DNA of 64,000 bases from IMG/VR virus record IMGVR_UViG_3300003629_000001, one strand, 5' to 3'. Source of the DNA: a virus. Under the pieces are notes generated by a model. That model made no database searches. It was not told where the DNA came from and saw nothing but the letters and a program-made list of their open reading frames with translations. The stretch's first letter is position 1. Each line of letters begins with the position of its first letter. This document shows, one piece after another, positions 1-9,729 of this stretch. Position numbers and translations under genes: made by a program.

Positions 1-39
1 GTGGCGGACACTCCTTCGAGGAAGACTCGAATTAGCCCT

Positions 40-420
40 ATGGTGGGCATTTCGGACGTTATCTCATTCGTTTTCTCAAATCCCGAGTTCGGATGGATAA
101 TCGTCCTCGCCTACGTGGCTTACGAACTCCGTGGCGAACGGGGCCGTATCTACAAACTGGACAAGAAGATTACCAGTTCAATCGTTGTGATACGGGCGTT
201 GTCACGTCAAGGCGCGGAAGGCGTAGACGAAGAAATCGTAGACGAGTATCTTGTCGAAAACGGAATGGAACCCGAGGATTTCATGAAAGGAGAGGAAGAC
301 GGAGATTCGCGGGCGGATTCGTCCAACGGTTCCTACCCAGCACGGAGTGACGGCGAAGGCCCATTCGACCTTGACGACGTGATAGGCGAAGAGGGCGACC
401 GAGGAAAGGAAGGAACGTAG
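40..420 (+). CDS. small membrane protein with acidic C-tail (virion- or lysis-associated?)
   Basis: ATG at 40 in ORF 1..420; one hydrophobic stretch (FGWIIVLAYVAY) followed by an acidic tail; the true start may lie upstream of the window. Confidence 0.5.
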   Translation: MVGISDVISFVFSNPEFGWIIVLAYVAYELRGERGRIYKLDKKITSSIVVIRALSRQGAEGVDEEIVDEYLVENGMEPEDFMKGEEDGDSRADSSNGSYPARSDGEGPFDLDDVIGEEGDRGKEGT

Positions 421-467
421 CCAACCGAGATTTTAGGCGGCGTGGCTGACAATAGGGATAATAACGC

Positions 468-1145
468 ATGGCAATCATACCAAACAACGAAGACGGCTAT
501 TGTGAGCCGAAGGACGTAGCACGCTATTTCAGGACTCTTGAGGATAGCGACGGCTTCGCTTTCGACTCGAACCCCAGCGAAGAGGAAGTGAAGGACTTTA
601 TTATTGAAAATTCCGCTCGAATCGACAAAGAGACGGGTCACGCATGGCGTGAGCGGAAGGTCGAAGAGGAATACCACGACCTTGAGGGCCTGTACTACTA
701 CTGGGCCGGGACGCCGATTCACCTACAGAAGCGAGAGGTTCGCACGCCGATGGACGCTTCCAAAGGCGACAAGGTAGAAGTGTTCGACGGCAACGAATGG
801 GAAGAATGGGTCGGTAGCAGTACCTATACTGAAGGCCGTGGTGACAACGGCGACTACTGGGTTCAGGAAACCGAGGGAACGCTTCACATCTATCGGCGGG
901 CGCTCTGGTTCGAGAAGTACCGAGGGCTTCGGATTTCGTACCGGTACGGGGCCGAGAAAATTCCGAAGGACGTGCAAATGGCCTGTGCGAAACTCACCGC
1001 CGCTGACCTGATTCGTACAGACCTGTTTGGCGACCTTCTCCCGGCTGGTAGTCAGAACTCCGTCAATCCCACTGAAGCCGCCCAGCAACTCGAAGAGGCC
1101 GCATGGAAAGGTCTTGACCGGCGGGCCGAGGTGCGTACCTTCTAA
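468..1145 (+). CDS. head-tail adaptor/connector protein
   Basis: 'LRISYRYGAEKIPKDVQMACAKL' resembles the Y-x-x-G...P-x-D-(V/I) motif of gp6/gp15-type adaptors; lies before the tail genes. Confidence 0.65.
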   Translation: MAIIPNNEDGYCEPKDVARYFRTLEDSDGFAFDSNPSEEEVKDFIIENSARIDKETGHAWRERKVEEEYHDLEGLYYYWAGTPIHLQKREVRTPMDASKGDKVEVFDGNEWEEWVGSSTYTEGRGDNGDYWVQETEGTLHIYRRALWFEKYRGLRISYRYGAEKIPKDVQMACAKLTAADLIRTDLFGDLLPAGSQNSVNPTEAAQQLEEAAWKGLDRRAEVRTF

Positions 1146-1675
1146 TGCCAGTCAATTTCGAGAAGGAAGCCGAACTGGAAGATATTTTCGGCGGCCTGAT
1201 AGGCTGGGAAGGTACGATTCAGTACGAAGCACCCTACGCGCTGTACGTCGAATACGATACGGCCTACGGTGGGACAAAGCCACCGTTTGAACCGATTCAC
1301 AAATGGGTACAACGAAACTGGTCAGATATTCACCCGGCGATTATCGACATGACCAGCAACGAAAACAAGCCGCTCTCGCGGTCTGACCACGAAGAGCGGG
1401 TTGCGTGGTTCATCGTAGAGCAAATCGCTGAAAGTGGCATTGACGGCGTTCACTTCGCCCAGCGCTCACTTGACCACGGGAAAGACCAAGCCAACAAGAT
1501 AGTCGGAAAATACGCTGACAGCGACGACACGGACGCTCACCGGAAGATAGCCGAAGAGTTGACAGAAATGATGTTCGACTACTCACAGGACATTATTGAC
1601 GAGGAAGCGAAAGACACCGAGACGCTGAAAGATAGTGGGTCGTGGGAGATTCGGAAAGGCGAGGGTGAATCATGA
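1145..1675 (+). CDS. HK97 gp10-like neck/tail completion protein
   Basis: 'YEAPYALYVEYDT' resembles the YA-x-YVE-Y/F-GT motif; synteny. Confidence 0.6.
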   Translation: MPVNFEKEAELEDIFGGLIGWEGTIQYEAPYALYVEYDTAYGGTKPPFEPIHKWVQRNWSDIHPAIIDMTSNENKPLSRSDHEERVAWFIVEQIAESGIDGVHFAQRSLDHGKDQANKIVGKYADSDDTDAHRKIAEELTEMMFDYSQDIIDEEAKDTETLKDSGSWEIRKGEGES

Positions 1676-2130
1676 GTACCCCTACCCGCGACGTTGCGAA
1701 ACTGACGCGTGACCTGATTGATGAACAGTGGGGAGAAGGCGATACTGACCCGCGCAAGCCGGAGTATATCGAACTGGTCACGGAAGACGAGCAAGGGAAC
1801 GCTCGCAAGCGAGTTCGTCGGACGAACGAGTACATCCACGTCGCTGAAGAGCAAGAGCGTGGCAACGAGTACACGGACTTTCAACGCAATACCCGTAATC
1901 TCACCGGGTACTGCTACGTAGAGTTCTCTACGAACGAGTCCCGTTCCCGCCGAGAAGAAATCTACGACGAGATTGACCGAATCGCTGTGGCACACCGGAA
2001 GCGTCCTGACACCCCCGGCGGGTGGGACGACCTGAAGTTCAGTGCCAAAATCGTAGACGACGAGAACTTCGGTTGGTGGGTCGGAGAACTGAATTTCGAG
2101 TACACCAAGCGCAAGGACTTAATTGACTGA
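1672..2130 (+). CDS. putative tail terminator
   Basis: 152 aa, directly upstream of the tail tube gene; call rests on synteny. Confidence 0.5.
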   Translation: MSTPTRDVAKLTRDLIDEQWGEGDTDPRKPEYIELVTEDEQGNARKRVRRTNEYIHVAEEQERGNEYTDFQRNTRNLTGYCYVEFSTNESRSRREEIYDEIDRIAVAHRKRPDTPGGWDDLKFSAKIVDDENFGWWVGELNFEYTKRKDLID

Positions 2131-2176
2131 ATAATCTACTTAACAGTAGAACGGCTAATACCCCTAATATCAAACT

Positions 2177-3190
2177 ATGCCCGGAAACGCACCATACAAA
2201 CCGGAGCAAGCCACTCTTTCCGTCGCCACGGAGTCTTCACAGGCTTCGACGGTGACGACAGGGAGTGAGTTTGACTCCTTCGGACTCGTACAGGAAGCAA
2301 CGTCGCTCCCTGACCCCTCTATCCAGTGGATTGAAGAGCGGGTCATTGGTGGCGACCGAAAGATTTTCCAGAAGATTGACGGCCAGCGGGCCTACGAAGG
2401 TGGGTCGATTCCCGTTGTCCCTTACGACGGCGCTCCGCTCGCCTACCTCTTCGGAACCGAATCGGTGAACACTGATACGGATATTGATGGGAGTTCGGAA
2501 ACGGGTACTGATACCCACGTCCTGACTATCAATACCGCCGACCTTCCACCGACTCAAACTATCGAAGCCGCCTACAAGGGCTTCGACACCGGTCAAGACA
2601 ATTTCGTTCGGACGTTCAGCGGGTGTGCTGTCAACTCCGGCGAAATCAGCATGAACAACGAGAGCGAACTTCAGGTTTCGCTTGACTATATCGCTATGGA
2701 CGTGGACACCGGTACGTCAATTACGTCCACCACGACGACGCCCTCTGACCGCGACCCGTGGATTTTCGCGGACACGAAAGCTGACCTGACGATGTTCGGT
2801 ACGCCGTTCGCACGCGTCGAACAGTTCTCGTTCTCGCTCACCAACAATCTCGAACAGGGTCGGTACATCCAGTCTGACGACCCGGAGAACCCGTTCGAGT
2901 TGACCTACGCGAGCGCTGAAATCGAAATGTCGGCCACGATTACGATAGACGACGATACGCTCTATCAAGAACTTATTGGCCCGACTGAAGGTGGCTTCAC
3001 AGGCGAGATTGAGTTCGAGAAGCCGAGCGGTGAATCACTCCGCATTACGGCTTCCGACTGTAACTTCGCTGAAGCGCCCCACGAAATTCCGAGTGACGAC
3101 AGCACGATTCAGGTTGACGTGACAATCATTCCTGAAGACCTTGAGATTCGCGTTGAAGACGACCAGTCGGCTGGCGAAACGTATCTCTAA
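2177..3190 (+). CDS. major tail tube protein
   Basis: 337 aa, beta-rich, with 'FSGCAVNSGEIS' and 'FSFSLTNNL' tube-like motifs; precedes the chaperones and tape measure gene. Confidence 0.75.
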   Translation: MPGNAPYKPEQATLSVATESSQASTVTTGSEFDSFGLVQEATSLPDPSIQWIEERVIGGDRKIFQKIDGQRAYEGGSIPVVPYDGAPLAYLFGTESVNTDTDIDGSSETGTDTHVLTINTADLPPTQTIEAAYKGFDTGQDNFVRTFSGCAVNSGEISMNNESELQVSLDYIAMDVDTGTSITSTTTTPSDRDPWIFADTKADLTMFGTPFARVEQFSFSLTNNLEQGRYIQSDDPENPFELTYASAEIEMSATITIDDDTLYQELIGPTEGGFTGEIEFEKPSGESLRITASDCNFAEAPHEIPSDDSTIQVDVTIIPEDLEIRVEDDQSAGETYL

Positions 3191-3232
3191 AACACCAATA
3201 GCCCTATCAGGCTTCACAATAACCATAATAAC

Positions 3233-3655
3233 ATGACGGAAACTGACCCCGACGACATTCCAGAGCGGTTCCTTGACGGAGATAACGACGTTCAAATGGG
3301 TAGCCGTGAATCGGCGCTCATTGACGAATCCAATACAACCCGTGAGTGGTTCAAGGTTCCCGGTGCGGACGGCGAACCTGACGAAGTGTATTGGGTCGAA
3401 ATCAAGGAGATTTCGTGGGAGAAGAAGACCGACGTGCTGGACGACTCTCTGAAGACCGACAGTCGCACCGGCGACATTGAACTTGACCTGAAGGGGTACT
3501 ACCGGAACATGATGGAAACCGTCATTGACGAAATTTCCGTCGAAGGGTCGCTTCCGGTCTTCCTCAAGGGAATGTCCCCGGAAGTGGGCGACCAACTTCA
3601 GGAAATCGTTCCTGACCCCGGTACGGTCATGGACGAGGTTGACGAGGGAAATTAA
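3233..3655 (+). CDS. tail assembly chaperone (gpG-like)
   Basis: lies between tube and tape measure genes; ends in the slippery heptamer G GGA AAT then TAA. Confidence 0.75.
   Translation: MTETDPDDIPERFLDGDNDVQMGSRESALIDESNTTREWFKVPGADGEPDEVYWVEIKEISWEKKTDVLDDSLKTDSRTGDIELDLKGYYRNMMETVIDEISVEGSLPVFLKGMSPEVGDQLQEIVPDPGTVMDEVDEGN
3646..3652 (+). other. programmed -1 ribosomal frameshift site GGGAAAT
   Basis: X XXY YYZ heptamer in the gpG frame; the -1 frame is open from 3646 (GGG AAA TTA AGG AAA GCA...) through to 4044. Confidence 0.8.
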
Positions 3656-4044
3656 GGAAAGCAGTCAGGGGCGGACGGGAAACTGACGACCCGTCGTTGC
3701 TCCTATACCGCCGAGAGGTAATCGAAACCATGCTCGTAAAGGAAGCCGGATTCACGCTACGTGACATTAGGGGTACTACGAGTCGCAACACCGAGCGGCG
3801 ACCGCGTACCGATTTCCTCGCTTCCGTCCGACGCTGGTGTCCGTACCTCGAAGACCCGGAACCCATCGTTGTGGAAACCGTCGAAAAGGAACCCGGAATG
3901 AGCGAACAAGAGGTGCTTCGGTTCCTGACGTACCACGACGAAATGGAAGAAATCAAACAAGAAGAACAGGAAGACGCACAGCGAGAAGCCCGCCGGAAAA
4001 GTGGTAATCTCGGGGAGAACTCCCCGTCCCGAGGTAACTTCTAA
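3646..4044 (+). CDS. tail assembly chaperone gpT-like part (expressed as a G-T fusion)
   Basis: -1 frame relative to 3233..3655 with no good independent start; its stop overlaps the tape measure ATG. Confidence 0.7.
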   Translation, partial: GKLRKAVRGGRETDDPSLLLYRREVIETMLVKEAGFTLRDIRGTTSRNTERRPRTDFLASVRRWCPYLEDPEPIVVETVEKEPGMSEQEVLRFLTYHDEMEEIKQEEQEDAQREARRKSGNLGENSPSRGNF

Positions 4045-5879
4045 TGGTCAGTATCGGCACTCTCGAATGGAAGGTCAAAGTAGACAACGCTGGGAAGGCT
4101 AAAGAGCAAGCCCAGCAGGTCGAAGAGAAGGTCAACGACGCCAAAGACGCCGCCGAGGGTGCTGACGAGAAGACACGCCAGTACAGCGAAGGCATGAGTC
4201 GCATGGCCGACGCGAAGCAACGCGCTGGCCGTGTCACTGACAAACTGAACGCGAAGATGGGATTCTTCGGGTCGGCCTTGTCGGGAGTCATTTCGACGCT
4301 CGCTGGCCTCATTGGCGGACTGACGGCGCTGAAGGCTCTGATTCTTGGGGCGGGTATAGCCGCCGCTGTCGTGGCTATGGCTATCGCCTTCAAGGAGAAC
4401 TTCGGCGGTATGCGCGAACACGTCATGGGGTTTGTCAATTGGATTCAGGGAGCGCTGGAAACCCTGAAATCGACAGCCCTCGCCATATGGAATAATTTCG
4501 TAAGCGGATTTAAGGAAGGGGGCGGGTCTATCGCGGATTTAGAGACTATCTTCGCCGGAGTCCTTGACGGTATCACACAGGGGCTTCAGGCGTTTTGGTC
4601 TATGTTCGGCCCCATTATCTCTTCCGTAGGCGGAGTTCTGGTCGAACTCGCCGGAGTTGTGGGGAAGGTAGTAGGGGGTATCGTCAACTGGCTTGCTGAA
4701 ATGGAACGCGAGTCGCAAATGATTACGAAGATTGTCGGTTGGGTGACAGCCCTAATCGCTACCTTCGCCGCCGCATGGGCTATAGTTCAGGTACTCGCGG
4801 CTATTGCGTCCGGGGCTATTGCACTTGTGAGTGCCGCCGGTACGCTCTTGAGCGGACTCGCTACCCTAATCTCCGTATTTGGAACTGTCATTTCTGTAAT
4901 CGGGACAGTTGTGAGTGCGGTCGGGACGATTATTGCCGCTCTGAACCCAGTTTCACTCGCAATCCTCGCTATCGTTGCGGTGATAGTGGCGTTCTACGTC
5001 GCGTTCAAGACGAATTTCCTCGGAATCCGTGACATTACGATGAACGTCATTGACGCGATTAAGGGCGCGTTCAATGGGTTCATGAGTTGGTTGGGGAGTG
5101 TCGGAAACACTCTCTACAACTTGTTCGTTCAGCCCTTCGTTGACATTTACAACAAAATCGTCGGTAACTCATTGATTCCCGACCTTGTGAACGGAATCAA
5201 GAGCGTCATTACCGGTGCTGTCGGTATGATTAAGGGAGCGATTCAAGCGGTTATCGACGTAATTCTCGCTCCGTTCAAAGCCCTGTTGAACGGTGGTCAG
5301 GCGATTGCTGGTATCGTCGGGGGAGCGATGGACGCCGCGAAAAACGCTATCAGTGGGGCCGTGGGGGCTGTCTCAAGTGCGGTTGGAAGTGTGACCGGGG
5401 CAATCACCAGTGGATTCCAAGGCGCTCTGGATACTGTGAGCGGAGTTGCGTCCAGTATTGGGGACGCGGCCTCTGACGCTGTAGGAGCGGCACAGGACGC
5501 CGCTGGGGCCGCCGCTGACGCCGCTGGGGGCGCTGTGGACACCGCCAGCAACGCCGCTTCGGGAGCGGTTGACACTGTTAGTAGCGGTTTGTCTTCGGCT
5601 GGTGATATGGTCGGACTTGACTCCGGTGGTATCGTTAAGAAAGAAGGAGTGGCGAAAATCCACAAAGGAGAGGCTGTTGTTCCGGCTGACGTGACGAAAG
5701 AGGTTATGCGAGAAGGCACAGGTCAAGGCGGCGGTCAGGAAATTGTCGTCAACGTGGGCGGTATCGAAGTTGGCGACCAGTCCCTTGACCTGTCAAAACT
5801 GACCCGGCGGGAAATGAAGGAACTGGCCGATATGCTGGCCGAGCGGCTGGGTGACGAGGTGAGGAACACAACAATATGA
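4044..5879 (+). CDS. tape measure protein
   Basis: 611 aa, Ala/Gly-rich helical protein with hydrophobic segments and C-terminal 'GGIVKKEGVAKIHKGEAVVP'; follows the chaperones. Confidence 0.85.
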   Translation: MVSIGTLEWKVKVDNAGKAKEQAQQVEEKVNDAKDAAEGADEKTRQYSEGMSRMADAKQRAGRVTDKLNAKMGFFGSALSGVISTLAGLIGGLTALKALILGAGIAAAVVAMAIAFKENFGGMREHVMGFVNWIQGALETLKSTALAIWNNFVSGFKEGGGSIADLETIFAGVLDGITQGLQAFWSMFGPIISSVGGVLVELAGVVGKVVGGIVNWLAEMERESQMITKIVGWVTALIATFAAAWAIVQVLAAIASGAIALVSAAGTLLSGLATLISVFGTVISVIGTVVSAVGTIIAALNPVSLAILAIVAVIVAFYVAFKTNFLGIRDITMNVIDAIKGAFNGFMSWLGSVGNTLYNLFVQPFVDIYNKIVGNSLIPDLVNGIKSVITGAVGMIKGAIQAVIDVILAPFKALLNGGQAIAGIVGGAMDAAKNAISGAVGAVSSAVGSVTGAITSGFQGALDTVSGVASSIGDAASDAVGAAQDAAGAAADAAGGAVDTASNAASGAVDTVSSGLSSAGDMVGLDSGGIVKKEGVAKIHKGEAVVPADVTKEVMREGTGQGGGQEIVVNVGGIEVGDQSLDLSKLTRREMKELADMLAERLGDEVRNTTI

Positions 5880-6391
5880 GTGACATTTCAGACGCGACAG
5901 AGGTAATTATCGCAAAGGCGGGCGAATCGGAACCATTTGACACCAGTCAAACGGCGTTCTTCTTGAAGTGTGAGAACGTCGAAGTGAGCGTCGGAAACAA
6001 TCTCATAGCCCGTGCAATCCTCTCCGCCGCTGGGGATATTGCCGGTGCTGACCCGGTACTGAACAGCGTTACCTATCAGTTGACCGGTGTCTACCTTCAG
6101 GCAATCGAAGACGAAGACTACCCTGACCAACCCATCAACGACGCTCCGAGCGGATACTACGCTGACGTAGCCGCTGACGACCACAATCAGCGAATGATGA
6201 TTGCCCTCAAAGAAGCCACAAAGCAGTGGGGGCCGGACGCGAACGGCGATATTGACACCCTCGAATGGGACGGTCAGTACATCCCGGTCGTAATAACCTC
6301 ATTCAGTGCGTCGGAGAGCGCGTCCAGTCCGAAGCCGGGTATCTACCAAGCGGACATTGAAATGACGCATATCAGCGCCTACGTGGGGTGA
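5876..6391 (+). CDS. distal tail (Dit-like) protein
   Basis: immediately follows the tape measure gene; synteny only. Confidence 0.45.
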   Translation: MSDISDATEVIIAKAGESEPFDTSQTAFFLKCENVEVSVGNNLIARAILSAAGDIAGADPVLNSVTYQLTGVYLQAIEDEDYPDQPINDAPSGYYADVAADDHNQRMMIALKEATKQWGPDANGDIDTLEWDGQYIPVVITSFSASESASSPKPGIYQADIEMTHISAYVG

Positions 6392-6397
6392 TTAGAC

Positions 6398-7867
6398 ATG
6401 GTTCAATGGGATGTAACGGTCGGAAGCGTCACGCTGGATAGTATCTTCGACGTTTCCTACAACAACGGACGAACGGAAGGACTCGGTGAAGCAACCGTCG
6501 TCTGTGGAAACAACACGAATAATAGGGCTATCGAATCCGGCGACGAAATACAAATCTCGAAGAACGGTACGCTTGATTACCGAGGGTACATTATCGGGAA
6601 GCCGACCAAAGCCGGAGCGAGTCGAACAGAGTTAGAAGTTAAGGCTGTGGATAAGCGGATGGAACTCAAGCACCAGCAGGTCAACCGCGTCTTCTATGAA
6701 ACCGACACCGGTGAAATCATCCGAAAAATCCTAAATGAGAAACTGGTTCCGTTCAGTTTCAGCAACGACCTTGGTGAGTTTATCCACAAAGGGGAATCGG
6801 CGTCAGAATGGGATACAAACATCCCAAAATCAAGCGAAGGGGGGATTGTATCTCTCTCACTCGAAAACCAAGGGAGCGATTTCATGTTTTTCGGGTGGCC
6901 GAGTGGTTCCGGGTCGCAAGACTCCTATCACGCGACATACGACTCCGTTCCAACTGACGCAACTGTTGGGGACGGTCAAGTAGACACGTTCTATACCCGA
7001 TTAGCAATCAACAACAACGGTGGGCCATTTTCCGCCGAGGTTGACCTACGAGACAACTTCGGAAACAACTATATTTGGTCGTTGGAACTCCCCGAGTCAG
7101 GGTTCACAGAATTTGAACTCAAGGCCGAAGACGCGGTTTCAGACGCCAATATCGGCTCTCCCGTGTCCACAGACCAAACGTTAGAATACCGATTCAGTAT
7201 TGACGGAACACTCGCCGGAGCGCGAGGGGTGGCTATCGACTATGCGTCAGCCATTCCCTTTGAAGTAGATAGTCGTGATACTGATATTACCCCCGGTGGT
7301 GTGACAGACAGTGGAAATGTCATTACCCGACGAATTGAGCGAAGTGCATTTCAGACTCTCAAAGAGTTCGCTGTCGAAGACCAATTTATCTCTTACGTGG
7401 ACATAGACGACGTTCTACACTACGAGAACGCTGGTCAGAACACCGCTCGGGAGATTGACTTTTCGAGTACGAATGTCGTTGACGCCGAGTTTAACCGGGA
7501 TTACCAAGACGTGACGAACAAGGTTACAGTGCAAGGCGACGGTGATATTCGAGTTACGATTCCACAACCAGATTCGATTGAGTTCTACGGTGTTTCGTCC
7601 CGCGACGAACCCATTGTAGACACCGAAATCCAAACCGAGGAAGAGGCAATCCGTCGTGGTCGTGGATTCTTGTCGAACAAGGCATGGGACGACGAAGCGT
7701 TCAAATTCGTGATTGCTAACACCGAATATGAATCTGTTTCGCTCGGTGACGACATACTGGTAAATTGGCCGCCGGAAAATATCGCTGGTACGTTCCAAGT
7801 CAGTAACTCCGAGACTGACAAAGACGGACTGGTGACTATCAGTATCACCAAACGGGGGACGCTCTAA
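6398..7867 (+). CDS. baseplate hub/tail tip protein (Tal/gpD-like) with inserted beta domain
   Basis: 'YRGYI', 'VTNKVTVQG', 'SIEFYG', 'EEAIRRGRGFL' and 'LGDDILV' match the hub-protein pattern. Confidence 0.65.
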   Translation: MVQWDVTVGSVTLDSIFDVSYNNGRTEGLGEATVVCGNNTNNRAIESGDEIQISKNGTLDYRGYIIGKPTKAGASRTELEVKAVDKRMELKHQQVNRVFYETDTGEIIRKILNEKLVPFSFSNDLGEFIHKGESASEWDTNIPKSSEGGIVSLSLENQGSDFMFFGWPSGSGSQDSYHATYDSVPTDATVGDGQVDTFYTRLAINNNGGPFSAEVDLRDNFGNNYIWSLELPESGFTEFELKAEDAVSDANIGSPVSTDQTLEYRFSIDGTLAGARGVAIDYASAIPFEVDSRDTDITPGGVTDSGNVITRRIERSAFQTLKEFAVEDQFISYVDIDDVLHYENAGQNTAREIDFSSTNVVDAEFNRDYQDVTNKVTVQGDGDIRVTIPQPDSIEFYGVSSRDEPIVDTEIQTEEEAIRRGRGFLSNKAWDDEAFKFVIANTEYESVSLGDDILVNWPPENIAGTFQVSNSETDKDGLVTISITKRGTL

Positions 7868-8724
7868 TGCCGGGAGAAGAACTACAAGCCCAGCAGAAAC
7901 TACAATGGCTGGGATTGAGTAGCGCCGCTGAAAGCCTGTCGGACGTACAAGAAGAGGTAGAACTACTACAGCAAAATCTTCCTGATTTCAGTACGTTCCT
8001 TGACCACCTTCAGAACGGGTACGACTACAACGGTGACGGAACGAAAGAATCGTTGGATAGTTACCCCTCTTTTGACGATTATCTCGCTGAAGGGTCTGAC
8101 TCAATCGGTTTCACCACCGACGAAGCCGACTCGTTCATAGAGAAAATCAAGCAAAACTTTAGCGACGAGGATAGCAGTGGTACTTCCTTTGACGAGTTCA
8201 AAGAGTTTGTTATCAACGAAACTGTATCGTTCGAGTCGATAAAAACCGGCTTCGGAACCAGCACAGAACTCACCAGTGACACAACCACATCCAGTGGTCA
8301 GGCGGCGGCGGGTGTTCGATTTCACGAAACTGCTGGTGTCACCCGAAATGGTGTGAGTGTTCCTGCTGGTACAACCGAAGTGTACGGCAAAGAGGTTCAC
8401 TTCAGCCAAAGTTCCGCGCCAACTGAAGAGGAAGAAACTGGTTCTATCGACTTTAAAAATATCTCTACCAGTGACGATTTCCCCTTTATTGACGAAACTG
8501 TCACTATCAGCGTGGATATTGAGAATACGCAAAACGAAAGTGCTGACGTAGTAGCAACTTTCCTCGAAGACGGAACTCGAATTGACGCAAGAACGCTCCG
8601 TGTCGGAGCGAACTCTACTCGATTCATAAGTTTCGAGATTTCGTATGGAACCATGCAATTCCACGAATACTCAATCAAAAATTCGGACACTGTAAGTGTC
8701 CAATGGCAATCGCAAATACTCTAA
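7867..8724 (+). CDS. minor tail protein with C-terminal Ig/CARDB-like domain
   Basis: C-terminal 'ETVTISVDIEN...RTLRVGANSTRFISF' is a CARDB-like pattern. Confidence 0.5.
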   Translation: MPGEELQAQQKLQWLGLSSAAESLSDVQEEVELLQQNLPDFSTFLDHLQNGYDYNGDGTKESLDSYPSFDDYLAEGSDSIGFTTDEADSFIEKIKQNFSDEDSSGTSFDEFKEFVINETVSFESIKTGFGTSTELTSDTTTSSGQAAAGVRFHETAGVTRNGVSVPAGTTEVYGKEVHFSQSSAPTEEEETGSIDFKNISTSDDFPFIDETVTISVDIENTQNESADVVATFLEDGTRIDARTLRVGANSTRFISFEISYGTMQFHEYSIKNSDTVSVQWQSQIL

Positions 8725-8731
8725 TTCAACA

Positions 8732-9721
8732 ATGACTAAACGCATTGACCAATTCGTATCTGAAAACCGTGAAAGTGTCAAGCGGCTGGACTCCACATTC
8801 ATTCCAATATCCGGTCAGCGGAGTTCCAACTACACGTTTAGCGGAAATCAGTTCGAGATTGTCACCTCGGTCAGAGTCTACACCCGCGACCTAAACGAGT
8901 CGCTAATCAGCGGCCACCCCAATGGAAGCCGTCATGGGTCAGGTCAGGGAGATTCCGGCGACTTTCGGGGTTCTTGGACACTGGTGGAAGACGTAGAAAA
9001 CAGCGAAAAATTCGTCACTGACGGACGAAATATCGTAGCAGAAGGGCTTGCGGGTCAATCCGAAGCAGTTATCGGAAAAATCTCTGTTGGAAGTGGTACA
9101 ACAGACGCCACTATCAATGACTCGTCTTTAGAAACACCAAGTGCGACTACGTTCGCATATCCGAATCCCGGTGATTCCAGCAACGAGTCAACTGCTGAAG
9201 GAATTTTCCTCTTCCAAGAATACGGAGATACTTTTTCGGAGTTCGGTGCTAAAAGTCGGGCTGGCGACCTATACAACCGTATTACGACGGATACGCTCAA
9301 TCCGTCGAACGAAAAAGAACTCCGTGTCGAAATTGATTTCGAGGTGACAAACGACACGACAGGCACTTCGGTCATAACAGACGTTGGTCAAAATCGGGTA
9401 GCCGACTCCCTACGCGCTCTTGATACGGCTATTGGGCTGAACTCTATCGCATTTGGCACAGGAACAACCGAACCCACCGCGTCTGATACCGCACTGGAAA
9501 ATGAAGTGTTTGAGAAAAACGCCCAACGACTACTCTCGTCTGAAACAGTCACGGCCAACATGGTTGTTTTCCAACAACAGCCCTCTTCCCAGCCACACGA
9601 TATTTCCGAGATAGGGGTATTCGACTCAAGTGGCAATATGCTTTGGCGAGCAACTGTAGACCCGTTCGAGAAAACCAGCAACGTAGAGTTTACGACGAAC
9701 GTCTCGTTCCGAATTAGATAA
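8732..9721 (+). CDS. tail fibre/baseplate attachment protein with duplicated domain
   Basis: two repeats of 'xxGxGTT..T..D..LE' and 'SE(F/I)G'; 'ISEIGVFDSSGNML' is typical of tail-collar/fibre N-termini; ATG at 8732. Confidence 0.6.
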   Translation: MTKRIDQFVSENRESVKRLDSTFIPISGQRSSNYTFSGNQFEIVTSVRVYTRDLNESLISGHPNGSRHGSGQGDSGDFRGSWTLVEDVENSEKFVTDGRNIVAEGLAGQSEAVIGKISVGSGTTDATINDSSLETPSATTFAYPNPGDSSNESTAEGIFLFQEYGDTFSEFGAKSRAGDLYNRITTDTLNPSNEKELRVEIDFEVTNDTTGTSVITDVGQNRVADSLRALDTAIGLNSIAFGTGTTEPTASDTALENEVFEKNAQRLLSSETVTANMVVFQQQPSSQPHDISEIGVFDSSGNMLWRATVDPFEKTSNVEFTTNVSFRIR

Positions 9722-9729
9722 GAAAGCGG

